A stretch of 24,851 bases of DNA from a virus. Taxonomy: Duplodnaviria; Heunggongvirae; Uroviricota; Caudoviricetes. A program made the translations under genes and the position numbers. Below are positions 15,699 through 24,851 of the stretch, piece after piece. The stretch spans positions 1-24,851 of the IMG/VR virus record IMGVR_UViG_2565956714_000001, one strand, 5' to 3'. Within the stretch, counting starts at the first letter, position 1. Every line of letters starts with the position of its first letter. The notes under the pieces were generated by a model. It was not told the DNA's origin, did no database searches, and was given only the letters and a program-made list of their open reading frames with translations.

Positions 15699-16399
15699 CA
15701 GTCAATCAGCCCATGTAATCTAAGTGCTGTTTCAAGCGCCAGAATACGCTGCCGCGCCTGCTGCAAACCTGTAGCGAGAGCCGCGACTTCGGATTGTGTG
15801 TACGTAGTGCCGACCGTGTATGACTGGTTAGCGTTGAATGAGCCAAGAAGAGGTGTACCTGTGGCTGCAGTCCATCCGGTATTTCTTGCTCCAACAACCT
15901 GAATTCCATCAACTGAATATGATGTTTTTACATCCAGCGGTGACGCAAGAGACTGCGATTCTGTTACGGTTTTCGATACGTAATCACTCTTAATGCCAGA
16001 GACATCGTTTTCTACGTCATCCAGTCTTTGGTCAACAGTGACCAGATGCCCCTGAATATCGATAACCTCATCCAGCAAGTAATCAACATCGCTACGCAGT
16101 ACGACTATCTTCCCTTCGGCGGTTGTTAACCTGACCTCAAGGAGATTTATCGCTTTTGTGTTTGCGGTGATTCTTGCGTCGTGATCAGCCAGTTCTACGT
16201 CCTGTTCATCGTTTTTTACCTGGGCATCGTAAGCGCCCTGACCAGCCTGATTTGCCTTCCCAGCAATTGCACCGACATCAGCTCCCTGATTTATGACATA
16301 CAGCAGGTAAGACTGGCTGAATATATTGCGTGGCAAAATTGAAGCATCAAGGCGCGTAGCCTGAACCACGACAGGATCATTCAGTGATGAATCAACCAT
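15698..16399 (-). CDS. tail needle protein, P22 gp26-like (trimeric coiled coil)
   Basis: 233 aa. N-terminus ...[17 protein letters not shown] and C-terminus [24 protein letters not shown] match recalled P22 gp26; central heptad-rich region. Confidence 0.88.
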   Translation of the reverse strand: MVDSSLNDPVVVQATRLDASILPRNIFSQSYLLYVINQGADVGAIAGKANQAGQGAYDAQVKNDEQDVELADHDARITANTKAINLLEVRLTTAEGKIVVLRSDVDYLLDEVIDIQGHLVTVDQRLDDVENDVSGIKSDYVSKTVTESQSLASPLDVKTSYSVDGIQVVGARNTGWTAATGTPLLGSFNANQSYTVGTTYTQSEVAALATGLQQARQRILALETALRLHGLID

Positions 16400-17817
16400 T
16401 ACTCAATCCTTATCTGGCAGCCAGACAGAGTGACAGGTGACTTCGTGATAACGCGCAATTTGAAGCCGACATTTTTCCTGATGCGCCCAACTCGCTTCCA
16501 CAAAACGCGTTTGTCGTAAACGAACGGTTCATTCAGCTCAATCATCTGCTCACGACCGTAATTTATGCCGTCAGTGGTTGCAGAGAGGAACAGGCGGTCG
16601 GCGTACTGAGCTACGCCAGTGGATGATTCCACCTCCAGATCGAAGCATCTGGCGTTATCCGCTTTGAACAGTGGAGTAAACAGCAGGTGTTCCTGTTGAA
16701 GCCCATACTGGCTGCTGATATCGAACTGCAATTTGCCAGTAACCGATTCCAGCTTATCGCCGCACGTTATCTGATTGCCTTCGTAAATGAAGTCGATAGC
16801 GCGGTACACATCGTCATACAGACCTGTTTTCAGTACACACCATTGCGGAGCATTGGCGCTTGAAGATGCGTCGTATACGAGGACATGGCGCGGAAGATGG
16901 ATAATCAGCAACTCATGAGCATCAAACCGCAGCGATTCCATCACACCATCAGCCAGTTCATCAGCAGTGTAGGAGCGGAGGATTTTCTCAATGCTCGCGC
17001 TGGCGATTGGTGACACCTGACCGGATCCGATGATGTATACAGACGGCGCACCTGTTGCCGGATTGCTGATGAACGCATACGAATCAGCGAACTGCGTTTT
17101 GCAGTAGGTTCCAGCGATACCTTTCTGCACCATTAACGATGGCTGGGCGACATACAAAGCAGCACCAACGGTGGTTGCACCAGTCAGGGAGAAATATTCA
17201 ATCGTTGATGAACCAAAGCAGACGATGAAGTCTCGCCATGTTCCTATGCCGATGATGCCGTCCGGCTGCGATTCTGCGCGATATTGTGCGCTGTAACGGT
17301 CAGGATGCGATTCGTCTTCAAGGTCAGTGATAAACCATGAATCCGTGCCGTCTTTTGACCACGCATAACGCCCACGTAAGCGAGTAATGTCACGAACCGA
17401 ACCTAACTCATACTGCGTGAACCCGCTGTCTGCAGGCCAGTTTGAGACGGTTTTAACCGTGCCATCATAGCGGTATTCGACCAGTTGCCCGTTAACGCCT
17501 ACCGCCTGTGATGTTCGACCATGCGCCATTGATACGCGACCACTTCCGGCAACATCACCGACCTCACTTTCGCCCTTATACAGTTTGCCACCACACACGC
17601 GATAAACAGCATTCTGCGCCATGTTGTACTCAACTCCGCGCGATACGCCGTTTACATCAGAGCGTTTGGCAATGCCCGGGAATGAGCGAAGATATCCGCT
17701 GCTGTTCAGGATTTCTTTGGGTGTAGCCAACATATTCACTGGCAGATAGTCGATATAGTCGGCGTTTCTAAAGTCTTTGCCGACACCTTTCATAAGCGGA
17801 AGTTGCTGAATAGGCAT
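16399..17817 (-). CDS. head-to-tail connector/tail hub protein, P22 gp10-like
   Basis: 472 aa. [49 protein letters not shown]... is near-identical to recalled P22 gp10. Confidence 0.9.
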   Translation of the reverse strand: MPIQQLPLMKGVGKDFRNADYIDYLPVNMLATPKEILNSSGYLRSFPGIAKRSDVNGVSRGVEYNMAQNAVYRVCGGKLYKGESEVGDVAGSGRVSMAHGRTSQAVGVNGQLVEYRYDGTVKTVSNWPADSGFTQYELGSVRDITRLRGRYAWSKDGTDSWFITDLEDESHPDRYSAQYRAESQPDGIIGIGTWRDFIVCFGSSTIEYFSLTGATTVGAALYVAQPSLMVQKGIAGTYCKTQFADSYAFISNPATGAPSVYIIGSGQVSPIASASIEKILRSYTADELADGVMESLRFDAHELLIIHLPRHVLVYDASSSANAPQWCVLKTGLYDDVYRAIDFIYEGNQITCGDKLESVTGKLQFDISSQYGLQQEHLLFTPLFKADNARCFDLEVESSTGVAQYADRLFLSATTDGINYGREQMIELNEPFVYDKRVLWKRVGRIRKNVGFKLRVITKSPVTLSGCQIRIE

Positions 17818-17825
17818 TTATTCAC

Positions 17826-18308
17826 CTATGCGTTTGGGATATCGCCATCAATCAGAGGGAGATCGCCTGGATAATATCGGTCAGATGTAAACACGTCATA
17901 TTTATTACCCTGTCCTACAGGAAAATCTCCACGTCGTCGCATTGAAGGAACAACCAGAGTGTCGGTCATCAAGGCATCATATGAGCGTTGGGCGTTACTG
18001 AGAACTTGCGGAGTTGGCTCAAGGCTGTAATCAGATAGCATTCTCAGCAATAACTGATAGCCTACTGCGTGTTTGTATTTTCTTGGAAGACCTGACTCAT
18101 CATCTGGTAATGGCTGCTCATCTCCAGTTGCGAAAGCGTAACCAATGTCGCCGGGGTTAATCATCCACTCGGACATCATATCTTCCAGATCATTTACACC
18201 ATCTTCAATTGATTGCGGCTCAACATCAGTCAGCGATGCATTAGAAGCAATAGCAAACTTACGAAGCGCAAAAAGGACGATCTCACCCTTTGTCAGTACT
18301 GTTGCCAT
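17826..18308 (-). CDS. head completion/tail adaptor protein, P22 gp4-like
   Basis: 160 aa. ...[29 protein letters not shown] resembles P22 gp4 ([29 protein letters not shown]). Confidence 0.85.
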   Translation of the reverse strand: [160 protein letters not shown]

Positions 18309-18468
18309 TGTCTGCCGCCTTGCGAACTCGCTTACTGGTCGGTTTCAATTCATCAACTGAGGCAACAAAGCCCAACTTTTCGAAAAACTGGAAGTCTTTT
18401 TCTGCGATAACGGCCTGTACATGCCCGGATTCGTTATCTGCGGCAAGGAATACACTCATGCGATCCAT
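18283..18468 (-). CDS. hypothetical small protein (61 aa) between the coat and gp4-like genes
   Basis: AAGGAA RBS 6 nt before the ATG at 18468. Its 3' end overlaps the gp4-like start by 26 nt. Real coding status is uncertain. Confidence 0.4.
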   Translation of the reverse strand: MDRMSVFLAADNESGHVQAVIAEKDFQFFEKLGFVASVDELKPTSKRVRKAADNGNSTDKG

Positions 18469-18510
18469 ATTGTTTCCTTAAAACATAAAAGGGGCGTAAG
18501 CCCCTTGTTA

Positions 18511-19782
18511 TTACGGATTACCGAAGAACTGACCGCCCATGTGAGGGTTAAAGCACACATATGCAGGCAGTAAGTCAAAGCGCATTTTTTGCACGTTGGC
18601 ATCGCCATCTGCGTATTTATGTACGCGGATGGAGAAACCTTCATATGTTGCAACAGCAGAATCAATACTGTGCAGTTTCGGCAGTGGGATAGAGCCAAGT
18701 CCACAGAAGAACTTGTTATAGAACAGGTTTGGCTTCATTGTCTGGCTAGCAGTGCCTACTACAGATACGGCATCTCCTGCCGCTACCTGACGACTTACAG
18801 AGTTGTACTGCGGGTTTGTAGTGTCATAAATCGGAACACCAGAAAGCGTAACCGTCACATCGCCACTGCCGTCTGAATCAGCATCAGCAGTAACCGTTGC
18901 AGTGAAGCTAATTGGTGTGGCTCCGTTATACAAAGCCTGTTTGGTCTGCTGTTGCAGCCAGTAGGTATTGGTGAATTTAACCTGATCACCAGCTTTCAGG
19001 AAACCTGTAACGCTGGTTGTCGCCCCAGTCAATGTTACAGTGAACTGGTATGAGTCTTTAACTGCGTTATAGGTAACAGTTGGCTGTGTTTTGACTGTCA
19101 GTGTTCCGCCAAATGCCCCCTGCGTACGAGAGGCAAGCCCATTAGACATCAGTGCGCGAATGCCGCCAAAATTGGTTGGAATCTGCGCATTCTCCCATGC
19201 AGTACGAACCAATTGATCTGAAGCGTGCAAACCAGTCTGCGCATCAGCAAGTCGCTGTGCAGACCATGGATCCATTACAGCATAGTTTTCACCTTCATTA
19301 ACGCCGAGGTCTTTCAGGAAAGATGCCGTCTGCGCAACATCAGACCATTTGGTGATTGGAGTATTGGGGCTACCAAGTGACAACGCACCGTTATTCATCA
19401 TGAAGTGAGCAAGCTCTGTTTCAAGGTCGGTAACGATTCGCTGGCGAACCGGCGCGAGAATTTCTTCCAGTTGGTTAAGCTTGATCGCTTCCTCCAGTTG
19501 CTGATATTCAACAGCAACAGTGATGTAGTTACCTACACGCCCCGTAGCTTTACCTGAGATCAGGTTGTTTTTATTTTGCCCTGAAATATCACCAGTGGGA
19601 GTACGGAGGGATGAGAATTGATGCGGACGTTTAAAGCTAACGCTATCGCCAGTGCTGGAGTTGATTTCACCTGCCAGCAACTGACGGTCTACGGTTTTCG
19701 CCAGAACTAAATCTGACATAAAACCCGGAAGGAATTTTTTCAGAACGATTTGACTGACGTTACTGTCGAGATTGTTAGGCAT
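18511..19782 (-). CDS. major capsid (coat) protein, P22/Sf6 gp5 family (HK97 fold with inserted I-domain)
   Basis: 423 aa, in conserved order after the scaffold gene; the length matches the Sf6-type coat from memory. Confidence 0.9.
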   Translation of the reverse strand: MPNNLDSNVSQIVLKKFLPGFMSDLVLAKTVDRQLLAGEINSSTGDSVSFKRPHQFSSLRTPTGDISGQNKNNLISGKATGRVGNYITVAVEYQQLEEAIKLNQLEEILAPVRQRIVTDLETELAHFMMNNGALSLGSPNTPITKWSDVAQTASFLKDLGVNEGENYAVMDPWSAQRLADAQTGLHASDQLVRTAWENAQIPTNFGGIRALMSNGLASRTQGAFGGTLTVKTQPTVTYNAVKDSYQFTVTLTGATTSVTGFLKAGDQVKFTNTYWLQQQTKQALYNGATPISFTATVTADADSDGSGDVTVTLSGVPIYDTTNPQYNSVSRQVAAGDAVSVVGTASQTMKPNLFYNKFFCGLGSIPLPKLHSIDSAVATYEGFSIRVHKYADGDANVQKMRFDLLPAYVCFNPHMGGQFFGNP

Positions 19783-19793
19783 TTATCTTTTCC

Positions 19794-20678
19794 TTATTCG
19801 ATTTTTGCGCCGGGGCATAATTTGTTGAATTCGTCTTGTTTCGCATCAGCACCGCCACCACGTACTTCCGGCTCTGGCTTGATGGCTTTCTTTGGTTTTG
19901 GAGCAAGGCTTACCTGTTTGCTAATCTGCCCCAAGAGGAATGCTGCGCGAATTGGATCTGTCTCAGCGGCTACACGCTGGCGTAATTGCTGGCTCTTACC
20001 TAAGCCATAGGCGAGTAGTTCAGAGCCTTCGTCTGCACAGTGAATGATGATTTCCTGCTGAATTGGTGGTAGCTCACTAAGAACAATGGCCTCCATTTCC
20101 TGATAATCTTTCACAGGAAGTTTGGCTGCCCGTTGTTTATGCGCTTCTACCCTTTGCTGGAAACGCTGTTGGTATTCCTGTTGCTGACGTAGTTTTTGTT
20201 GCTGCTGCTGTTCGACACGGCCTTTTTTCTCATGCCAATCAGTCAATGCCTGTTCAAACGCCTGTTCGTCATAATCACACGACTCAAGAGTCGGTTTTGG
20301 TGGAATAGCGTCTGGTTGTGGTTGCTGATGTTCCGCAGGCTTGGCTAATGCTTCCTCAAGCTGGCGGCGCAACTCACGGTTTTCTTTCTGTGTTTCTTTG
20401 AAGCCTTTGCGAAGATCTTTCACCCATTGCGGTGCAGGTTGCCCGTCAATGTGATCATCATCGTCAGCGTTAAGCTGAATTTCTTCATCACCAATACGCA
20501 AGGCGTAATCTTCTGGTGTCTCTTCGGTTTTTTCAGGCTCAGTTGCCACCTCTTTACCGTTGTCATCCTGACTTTCATTCTCAGGCTGTGACTCTGTTTG
20601 GATGATGGTTTCTTCTGCATTTTCCTGTGTTTCAGACAGGCCAATAACCTGACCGTCGATGATCAGTTCGTTTTCCAT
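19794..20678 (-). CDS. scaffolding protein
   Basis: 294 aa, acidic N-terminus, Gln-rich coiled-coil middle (QQQQQKLRQQQEYQQRFQQR) and a basic helix-turn-helix-like C-terminus. Lies between the portal and coat genes. Confidence 0.88.
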   Translation of the reverse strand: MENELIIDGQVIGLSETQENAEETIIQTESQPENESQDDNGKEVATEPEKTEETPEDYALRIGDEEIQLNADDDDHIDGQPAPQWVKDLRKGFKETQKENRELRRQLEEALAKPAEHQQPQPDAIPPKPTLESCDYDEQAFEQALTDWHEKKGRVEQQQQQKLRQQQEYQQRFQQRVEAHKQRAAKLPVKDYQEMEAIVLSELPPIQQEIIIHCADEGSELLAYGLGKSQQLRQRVAAETDPIRAAFLLGQISKQVSLAPKPKKAIKPEPEVRGGGADAKQDEFNKLCPGAKIE

Positions 20679-20691
20679 TGATTACTCCTGG

Positions 20692-22818
20692 TTAACTCGG
20701 CATTAAGTCTGCCGGAGACTGTGGTGGAGACTGGAATTGCTGTTGTTGTGACTCGGCGACATCTTTCAGAAGGCGTATTGCCTCCATCACTGCTTTGTCA
20801 TCGATGTTTCTGGCTTGGGCCAGTTTATAGACAGTGTTTGCCTGACTCTCCATCGCATCCTGCTGGGCAGTAAATGCTTTGATTTGAGTTTGAGCAGTTT
20901 CGTTAGTTGCTTTTTGCGCTTCTGCCTGCGCTGCTACCATTTGCGCCTGAGCGAGAACCATTTCAGGATTTGGCTGGCTTTGTGCTGCCATTTGCGCCTG
21001 TTGAACAATCTGCTGCTCTTTCTCATTGCGTGGTTTTGCAATACCAGATATCAGCAGTTGGTTTCGGTTGTACTCTTTGAAGTCATCAAGGCCTTCGCCA
21101 TCGATATTGTCCAGAATAATACCCTGAATTGCCGGGCGCATTGGGTCTGTTGGAAGCATAGAGCTAAGGACATTTGTCAGTACAGAAACCGTTGCATCAC
21201 GTCGTGCTGTGTAGCTTGGTCCAACATCAACCGTCACATCGTATCGACCGACAGAAAGGTCATTTAAAGCAACAACAGCCCCTGTTTGCCTGTCAACAAC
21301 CTGTGCGCTCAGGACAGCGATATCATCACTTCCATCTTCGTTAACGATGCGCACTTCACGCTCTGAACCGTACACTTCACGCGCCATTGACAGCCATACT
21401 TCACCAGCGCGTTTAAGACTTTTCGCCATATTGTCCAGATAGATAAACGAAGCCATATCTGCTCTGTTCATCAAGTTGTTAACCGTTTCCTGAGCAATAT
21501 TACTTGGCATCTGCTGCATGGCCTGACTGCCGCCTGTAACCTCCTGAATATCAGCACTGGTTTGCTGTAGTAATGCAGCCAATGCCTGATTCATAACCGC
21601 AGGCTGTGTATATCCTGCGGGGGTAGCTCCAGCGATAATGTTGCCAGATTTATCTCTCACTTCGCGCAACGGCAAGAACGCTGGGCGTTTCTTGTTGCGA
21701 GCCTCCCAGTGCTTCTCAAGTCCACGAATTTGCTCCATGCCAACTATAGGGATCTGACCGGGGTCTTGCGCGGCAGTATCAGCCAGCATTGATACCTGAA
21801 GGTTATACAAACGCTGTGGATCCATTGCTTTTGCAATATGTCCTTCGACACGCTCAATGTCATCAATGAACCAGCGTTTTCCATAAACCGGGATGAGGGG
21901 GATATGCTCACCAGGAATACGTCGGGGTTTCTCAAGGAAACCATCACCATCCACTACGGATACATACACACGACGGCGCTTCACTGAGCGCCTTGCCACT
22001 TCCTGAAATCCAGCTATTGCCAGTTCATCTTCAATATCTTCAACCTGATCACTGTCGTATGTTGCAATCTCTCCAGTGATTGGATGTCTATAACTGATGA
22101 CGTCAACAGACTCTTTACGAACTTCGTAATACTTCGCTATGTAAATAACATCTGCATCAAACCAGTCATATTCCCAACTGGTCATAGACGTTACATCCAG
22201 AGAAGCAGGAGGTTTCTTTCCGTATTCAGCCTCATATTTTTCAGGTGACAACGAATACATGCAGAACGCCCACAACGCGTCAGATTTGTCGTACTTCTTA
22301 GCGTCAGGGTCAAACCACACAGAGCGCGACGGGTCGTATATTGGTTCAATAGCAATACGCTGACGATCGTCCATGGGGTCGTATTCATTGACCAGCATCG
22401 ACGTCAAACGGAAGCAACCGAAACCACCAGTAGCAGCGTCGTCAAATGCATTATCGCAAGCCTCACCGCCATCAGTTTCTTCGTAGTCAGCACGGAACAG
22501 ACCATTTAATTTATTGGCTAACTCTTCGCTTGCCTCTCTGTCACCAGGACGAAACTTAACTGTGATTCTGTTATTGCGGTATTCTGCAATGATGCGGTTA
22601 AGTTCAGTTGCTACCTTGTTGATTTCAAACTTAGGATACTTCTCGAACTGCTCATCAAGCTTAGTTCCAGCCGCCGTTGCTCCTTCCCATTGACCTCCGG
22701 GGACACGAGCAAACCTCGTAGCTTCAATGCACTTTTCGCGCACTTCCTGCTGTGGAGAATAGGCGCGGTCAAACCTGAGCATGATCCGCTCATGTTTTTT
22801 CTCTAATGTCTCTGCCAT
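20692..22818 (-). CDS. portal protein (P22 gp1 / Sf6 gp3 family)
   Basis: 708 aa from MAETLEKK. The core ...VKRRRVYVSVVDGDGFLEKPRRIPGEHIPLIPVYG resembles the P22 portal ([35 protein letters not shown]). The start overlaps the terminase stop region; the ORF-track extension to 22890 overlaps the terminase gene and is rejected. Confidence 0.9.
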   Translation of the reverse strand: MAETLEKKHERIMLRFDRAYSPQQEVREKCIEATRFARVPGGQWEGATAAGTKLDEQFEKYPKFEINKVATELNRIIAEYRNNRITVKFRPGDREASEELANKLNGLFRADYEETDGGEACDNAFDDAATGGFGCFRLTSMLVNEYDPMDDRQRIAIEPIYDPSRSVWFDPDAKKYDKSDALWAFCMYSLSPEKYEAEYGKKPPASLDVTSMTSWEYDWFDADVIYIAKYYEVRKESVDVISYRHPITGEIATYDSDQVEDIEDELAIAGFQEVARRSVKRRRVYVSVVDGDGFLEKPRRIPGEHIPLIPVYGKRWFIDDIERVEGHIAKAMDPQRLYNLQVSMLADTAAQDPGQIPIVGMEQIRGLEKHWEARNKKRPAFLPLREVRDKSGNIIAGATPAGYTQPAVMNQALAALLQQTSADIQEVTGGSQAMQQMPSNIAQETVNNLMNRADMASFIYLDNMAKSLKRAGEVWLSMAREVYGSEREVRIVNEDGSDDIAVLSAQVVDRQTGAVVALNDLSVGRYDVTVDVGPSYTARRDATVSVLTNVLSSMLPTDPMRPAIQGIILDNIDGEGLDDFKEYNRNQLLISGIAKPRNEKEQQIVQQAQMAAQSQPNPEMVLAQAQMVAAQAEAQKATNETAQTQIKAFTAQQDAMESQANTVYKLAQARNIDDKAVMEAIRLLKDVAESQQQQFQSPPQSPADLMPS

Positions 22819-22820
22819 GT

Positions 22821-24233
22821 TTACCAACCGGAGGATGAGGGAACGTATATTTCTGTTTCTTCGCGGACCAATGCCGGGCAATGCATGCACATCATCAGCG
22901 CATCAGCCAGGTTAGGAGATGGAATACCGAGCTTCTGCTTCATTTCGACCTTAGTCATAAGCTCCAGCTTCCCGTTGTTATTGAATTTGCGCTGAATCTG
23001 CGTCAGTTCTGCAAACAGCTTCTCCAGCATCTTCTCGCCTATCGCTTCTTTGTCGAAACTCAGCATGTCGTCTGGGTCTGCATACTCACCGTGAACAACC
23101 GCCCGATATGTCAGATACAGCCTGTCAGCCAGCGCGTAATAGAATTGCGCTCGCTTATTGCGGAACACATCGCCAATAGTGCGAACGTTGTCGCCCTGTA
23201 CGACTTCATCAGCCCATGCTCCGGCCTGATATGGCGCATCTTCATCGAATGGCGATTCGCTGCCCTTGAACATCGTGGCGGTGATTTTCTTGCCGGAGAA
23301 CGCTTCCGTTGTCTGTCTGCGTAGCCCTGCACCGACACCATCGCCATCCCACAGGTAATGGTCAGCGCCGTCTTCAATCGCCAGCGAAATAGCCCAGTCA
23401 GCACCCTCGTTGATGTCCATCAGCAGACCTTCGGCAATGCGCTTAACTACCGAACCGTGACGCGATGCATAACCTTTAGCATCTGGCCCTGTATCTGATG
23501 GGTCATGCGCAGAAACAACAGCGCCTTTCGCTTTCCATCCGAGTTTCTTGTGCGCATCGGTTGCGGCTTCAAGCCATTCACGTTTGATGATTGCCATATC
23601 ACTTGCGCTTACCGGCTCACCCAGCCAGATGTGACGATACAGTGTCGGATTTCTGCGTTTACACTCTTCCATCTCCAGACGGAGAACTTCAGGAAAATGC
23701 GGGTTGTCGGTGTAGTTCACCGTCAGCAGACAGATATCATCGGGAGGGTTTACTACGAATCGCTGATAGGTATCGTCGAGGATGTTTTTCGGGTTGAAGC
23801 TCACCCATATTTCGGAAAATGGCTTGCGGATGGTTGGTATCAGGATATCCCATGATTCCTTCGTTACCGCTTCCGCTTCTTCCACCCAGCAGATATCAAT
23901 GCCTTCGAGCGATTTAATCTTCGTCGGGTTGTTTTTGATGCCGTAGAACATGAACTCAGCATTCGTTCCGAGATGACGAATCATTGAACGCTGAATTTCA
24001 AACTCAGCCGAATACCCTTCACGCTCGATGGTATCTTCAAGCAACCGGATTACCGAATCGCTGATACTGTTTTGCAGTTCACGAGCGCAGAGAATACGCA
24101 CAGGCTGCCGACGCGCCGCCTCAACAAGCAGCCTCGCTATTGCCCATGATTTACCGCTACCTCGACCGCCTTTGGCAACTTTGTAGCGATGCGCCTCAAT
24201 GAACGGTTCAAAGATAGGATTAATCGAGGTCAT
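22821..24233 (-). CDS. terminase large subunit (Sf6 gp2-type)
   Basis: 470 aa, Walker A VAKGGRGSGKSW near the N-terminus and a C-terminal nuclease region. ATGA overlap with the small subunit gene. Confidence 0.92.
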   Translation of the reverse strand: MTSINPIFEPFIEAHRYKVAKGGRGSGKSWAIARLLVEAARRQPVRILCARELQNSISDSVIRLLEDTIEREGYSAEFEIQRSMIRHLGTNAEFMFYGIKNNPTKIKSLEGIDICWVEEAEAVTKESWDILIPTIRKPFSEIWVSFNPKNILDDTYQRFVVNPPDDICLLTVNYTDNPHFPEVLRLEMEECKRRNPTLYRHIWLGEPVSASDMAIIKREWLEAATDAHKKLGWKAKGAVVSAHDPSDTGPDAKGYASRHGSVVKRIAEGLLMDINEGADWAISLAIEDGADHYLWDGDGVGAGLRRQTTEAFSGKKITATMFKGSESPFDEDAPYQAGAWADEVVQGDNVRTIGDVFRNKRAQFYYALADRLYLTYRAVVHGEYADPDDMLSFDKEAIGEKMLEKLFAELTQIQRKFNNNGKLELMTKVEMKQKLGIPSPNLADALMMCMHCPALVREETEIYVPSSSGW

Positions 24234-24655
24234 TTTACGAATAGAGTGCTCATCGGTGATGTTTCAATCTGGATTGCGCCGCCGTCTTTGCCGACAAGCT
24301 CGTTAGTTACCTTGTCGCCATACTTACGGGGATTCATTCGGGCCAGCGCCCATTTGCGGGTATCAACGCGAAGTCTTGCCTTTGCCACCTCAGCAGCATC
24401 TGGAATCGCAGTGTCAGCAATTTCGAATATCTCTTCGAAAATAGAATCAGCTCGCGCCTCAGTTGCCTTCGCGTACTTGTCTCTAAAGTCGTCATGCTCT
24501 GACAGCCAGCGAAATACAGTAGCCTTTGCTGGCATGCCGGGGCGCTTGCAAACCTTAACCAGACTTTCCCCGGAGGCAAGCAGCGCACAGATATCATCAG
24601 CCACCTCCGGCAGGTAATCCGAAGGGCGACCGACATTCTTTTTCTCAGTCGCCAT
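24230..24655 (-). CDS. terminase small subunit (Sf6 gp1-type)
   Basis: 141 aa, MATEKKNVGRPSDYLPEVADDICALLASGESLVKVCKRPGMPAKATVFRWL (HTH-like N-terminus), immediately upstream of the large subunit. AAGGGA RBS. Confidence 0.88.
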   Translation of the reverse strand: MATEKKNVGRPSDYLPEVADDICALLASGESLVKVCKRPGMPAKATVFRWLSEHDDFRDKYAKATEARADSIFEEIFEIADTAIPDAAEVAKARLRVDTRKWALARMNPRKYGDKVTNELVGKDGGAIQIETSPMSTLFVK

Positions 24656-24660
24656 ATTGA

Positions 24661-24732
24661 TTATTTCCCTTCTGCTTGCTTATCCCATTCATCGCGGAAT
24701 TTGGATGGGTTGTCGAAACCTTGAGTTGCCAT
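24661..24732 (-). CDS. very small ORF (23 aa) upstream of the terminase small subunit
   Basis: MATQGFDNPSKFRDEWDKQAEGK. Its 3' end contains the TerS RBS. Too short to support confidently. Confidence 0.2.
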   Translation of the reverse strand: MATQGFDNPSKFRDEWDKQAEGK

Positions 24733-24734
24733 GT

Positions 24735-24851
24735 TTATGCTCCGGTAGTGAACAGGTCTAACGCTTCCTTAGATTTACGCACCGCTTCAAGTGTGCGGAT
24801 CGTGATATCTGAATTAGCGCCGCCTGACTGGAAGTGAATTTTGAATAGCTC
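24735..24851 (-). CDS. partial CDS (C-terminal 38 codons) of a gene upstream of the packaging module, possibly from the lysis/late region
   Basis: Minus-strand frame open from the window edge to TAA at 24735-24737: ELFKIHFQSGGANSDITIRTLEAVRKSKEALDLFTTGA. Identity unknown. Confidence 0.4.
   Translation of the reverse strand, partial: ELFKIHFQSGGANSDITIRTLEAVRKSKEALDLFTTGA

Noticed and set aside
20160-20230. CAG/CTG-rich simple repeat
   Set aside because: It is the coding sequence for the Gln-rich segment of the scaffolding protein, not an independent repeat element.
22819-22890. Portal ORF extension to 22890
   Set aside because: It overlaps the terminase large subunit 3' end; MAETLEKK at 22818 gives a 708-aa product with the usual coupled arrangement.
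11428-24617. Numerous 60-150-aa ORF-track frames antisense to or inside the structural genes
   Set aside because: All are embedded in well-supported genes on the opposite strand or in another frame, with no RBS support.
1-24851. CRISPR array, rRNA, or integrase gene
   Set aside because: No spaced direct repeats, no rRNA-like sequence, and no ORF with tyrosine or serine recombinase motifs were found on either strand.

Overview
This window reads as a P22-like temperate podophage genome segment in an Escherichia/Shigella background (an IS3 element, recognised from memory, is inserted in it). All calls are from reading the sequence and recalled protein families; nothing was searched or computed. 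Minus strand, 24655 down to 11342: a contiguous morphogenesis block with Sf6-type small and large terminase, portal, scaffold and coat, then P22-type gp4, gp10, gp26 tail needle, gp14 and ejection proteins gp7/gp20/gp16. Left of that lies an accessory block: IS3 with a 3-bp target duplication clipping the end of gene 16, an AT-rich 4-TM membrane protein, and a lambda-CI-like regulator whose catalytic Ser is Ala. Next is a rearranged immI-like region (arc, Bro-N antirepressor, second antirepressor-like ORF, 73-aa ORF, convergent mnt), then a mosaic tailspike. Plus strand, 1 to 4025, is the early-left arm: erf, an SSB with a DDSIPF tail, small unknown genes, a secreted DUF1311-like moron, a 266-aa protein with possible TGT/DpdA-like motifs, a 55-aa gene and a TorI-like excisionase. 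No integrase, tRNA, rRNA or CRISPR array is visible. The most interesting candidates are the CI-like/membrane-protein pair, the TGT-like protein and the integrase-less TorI junction.
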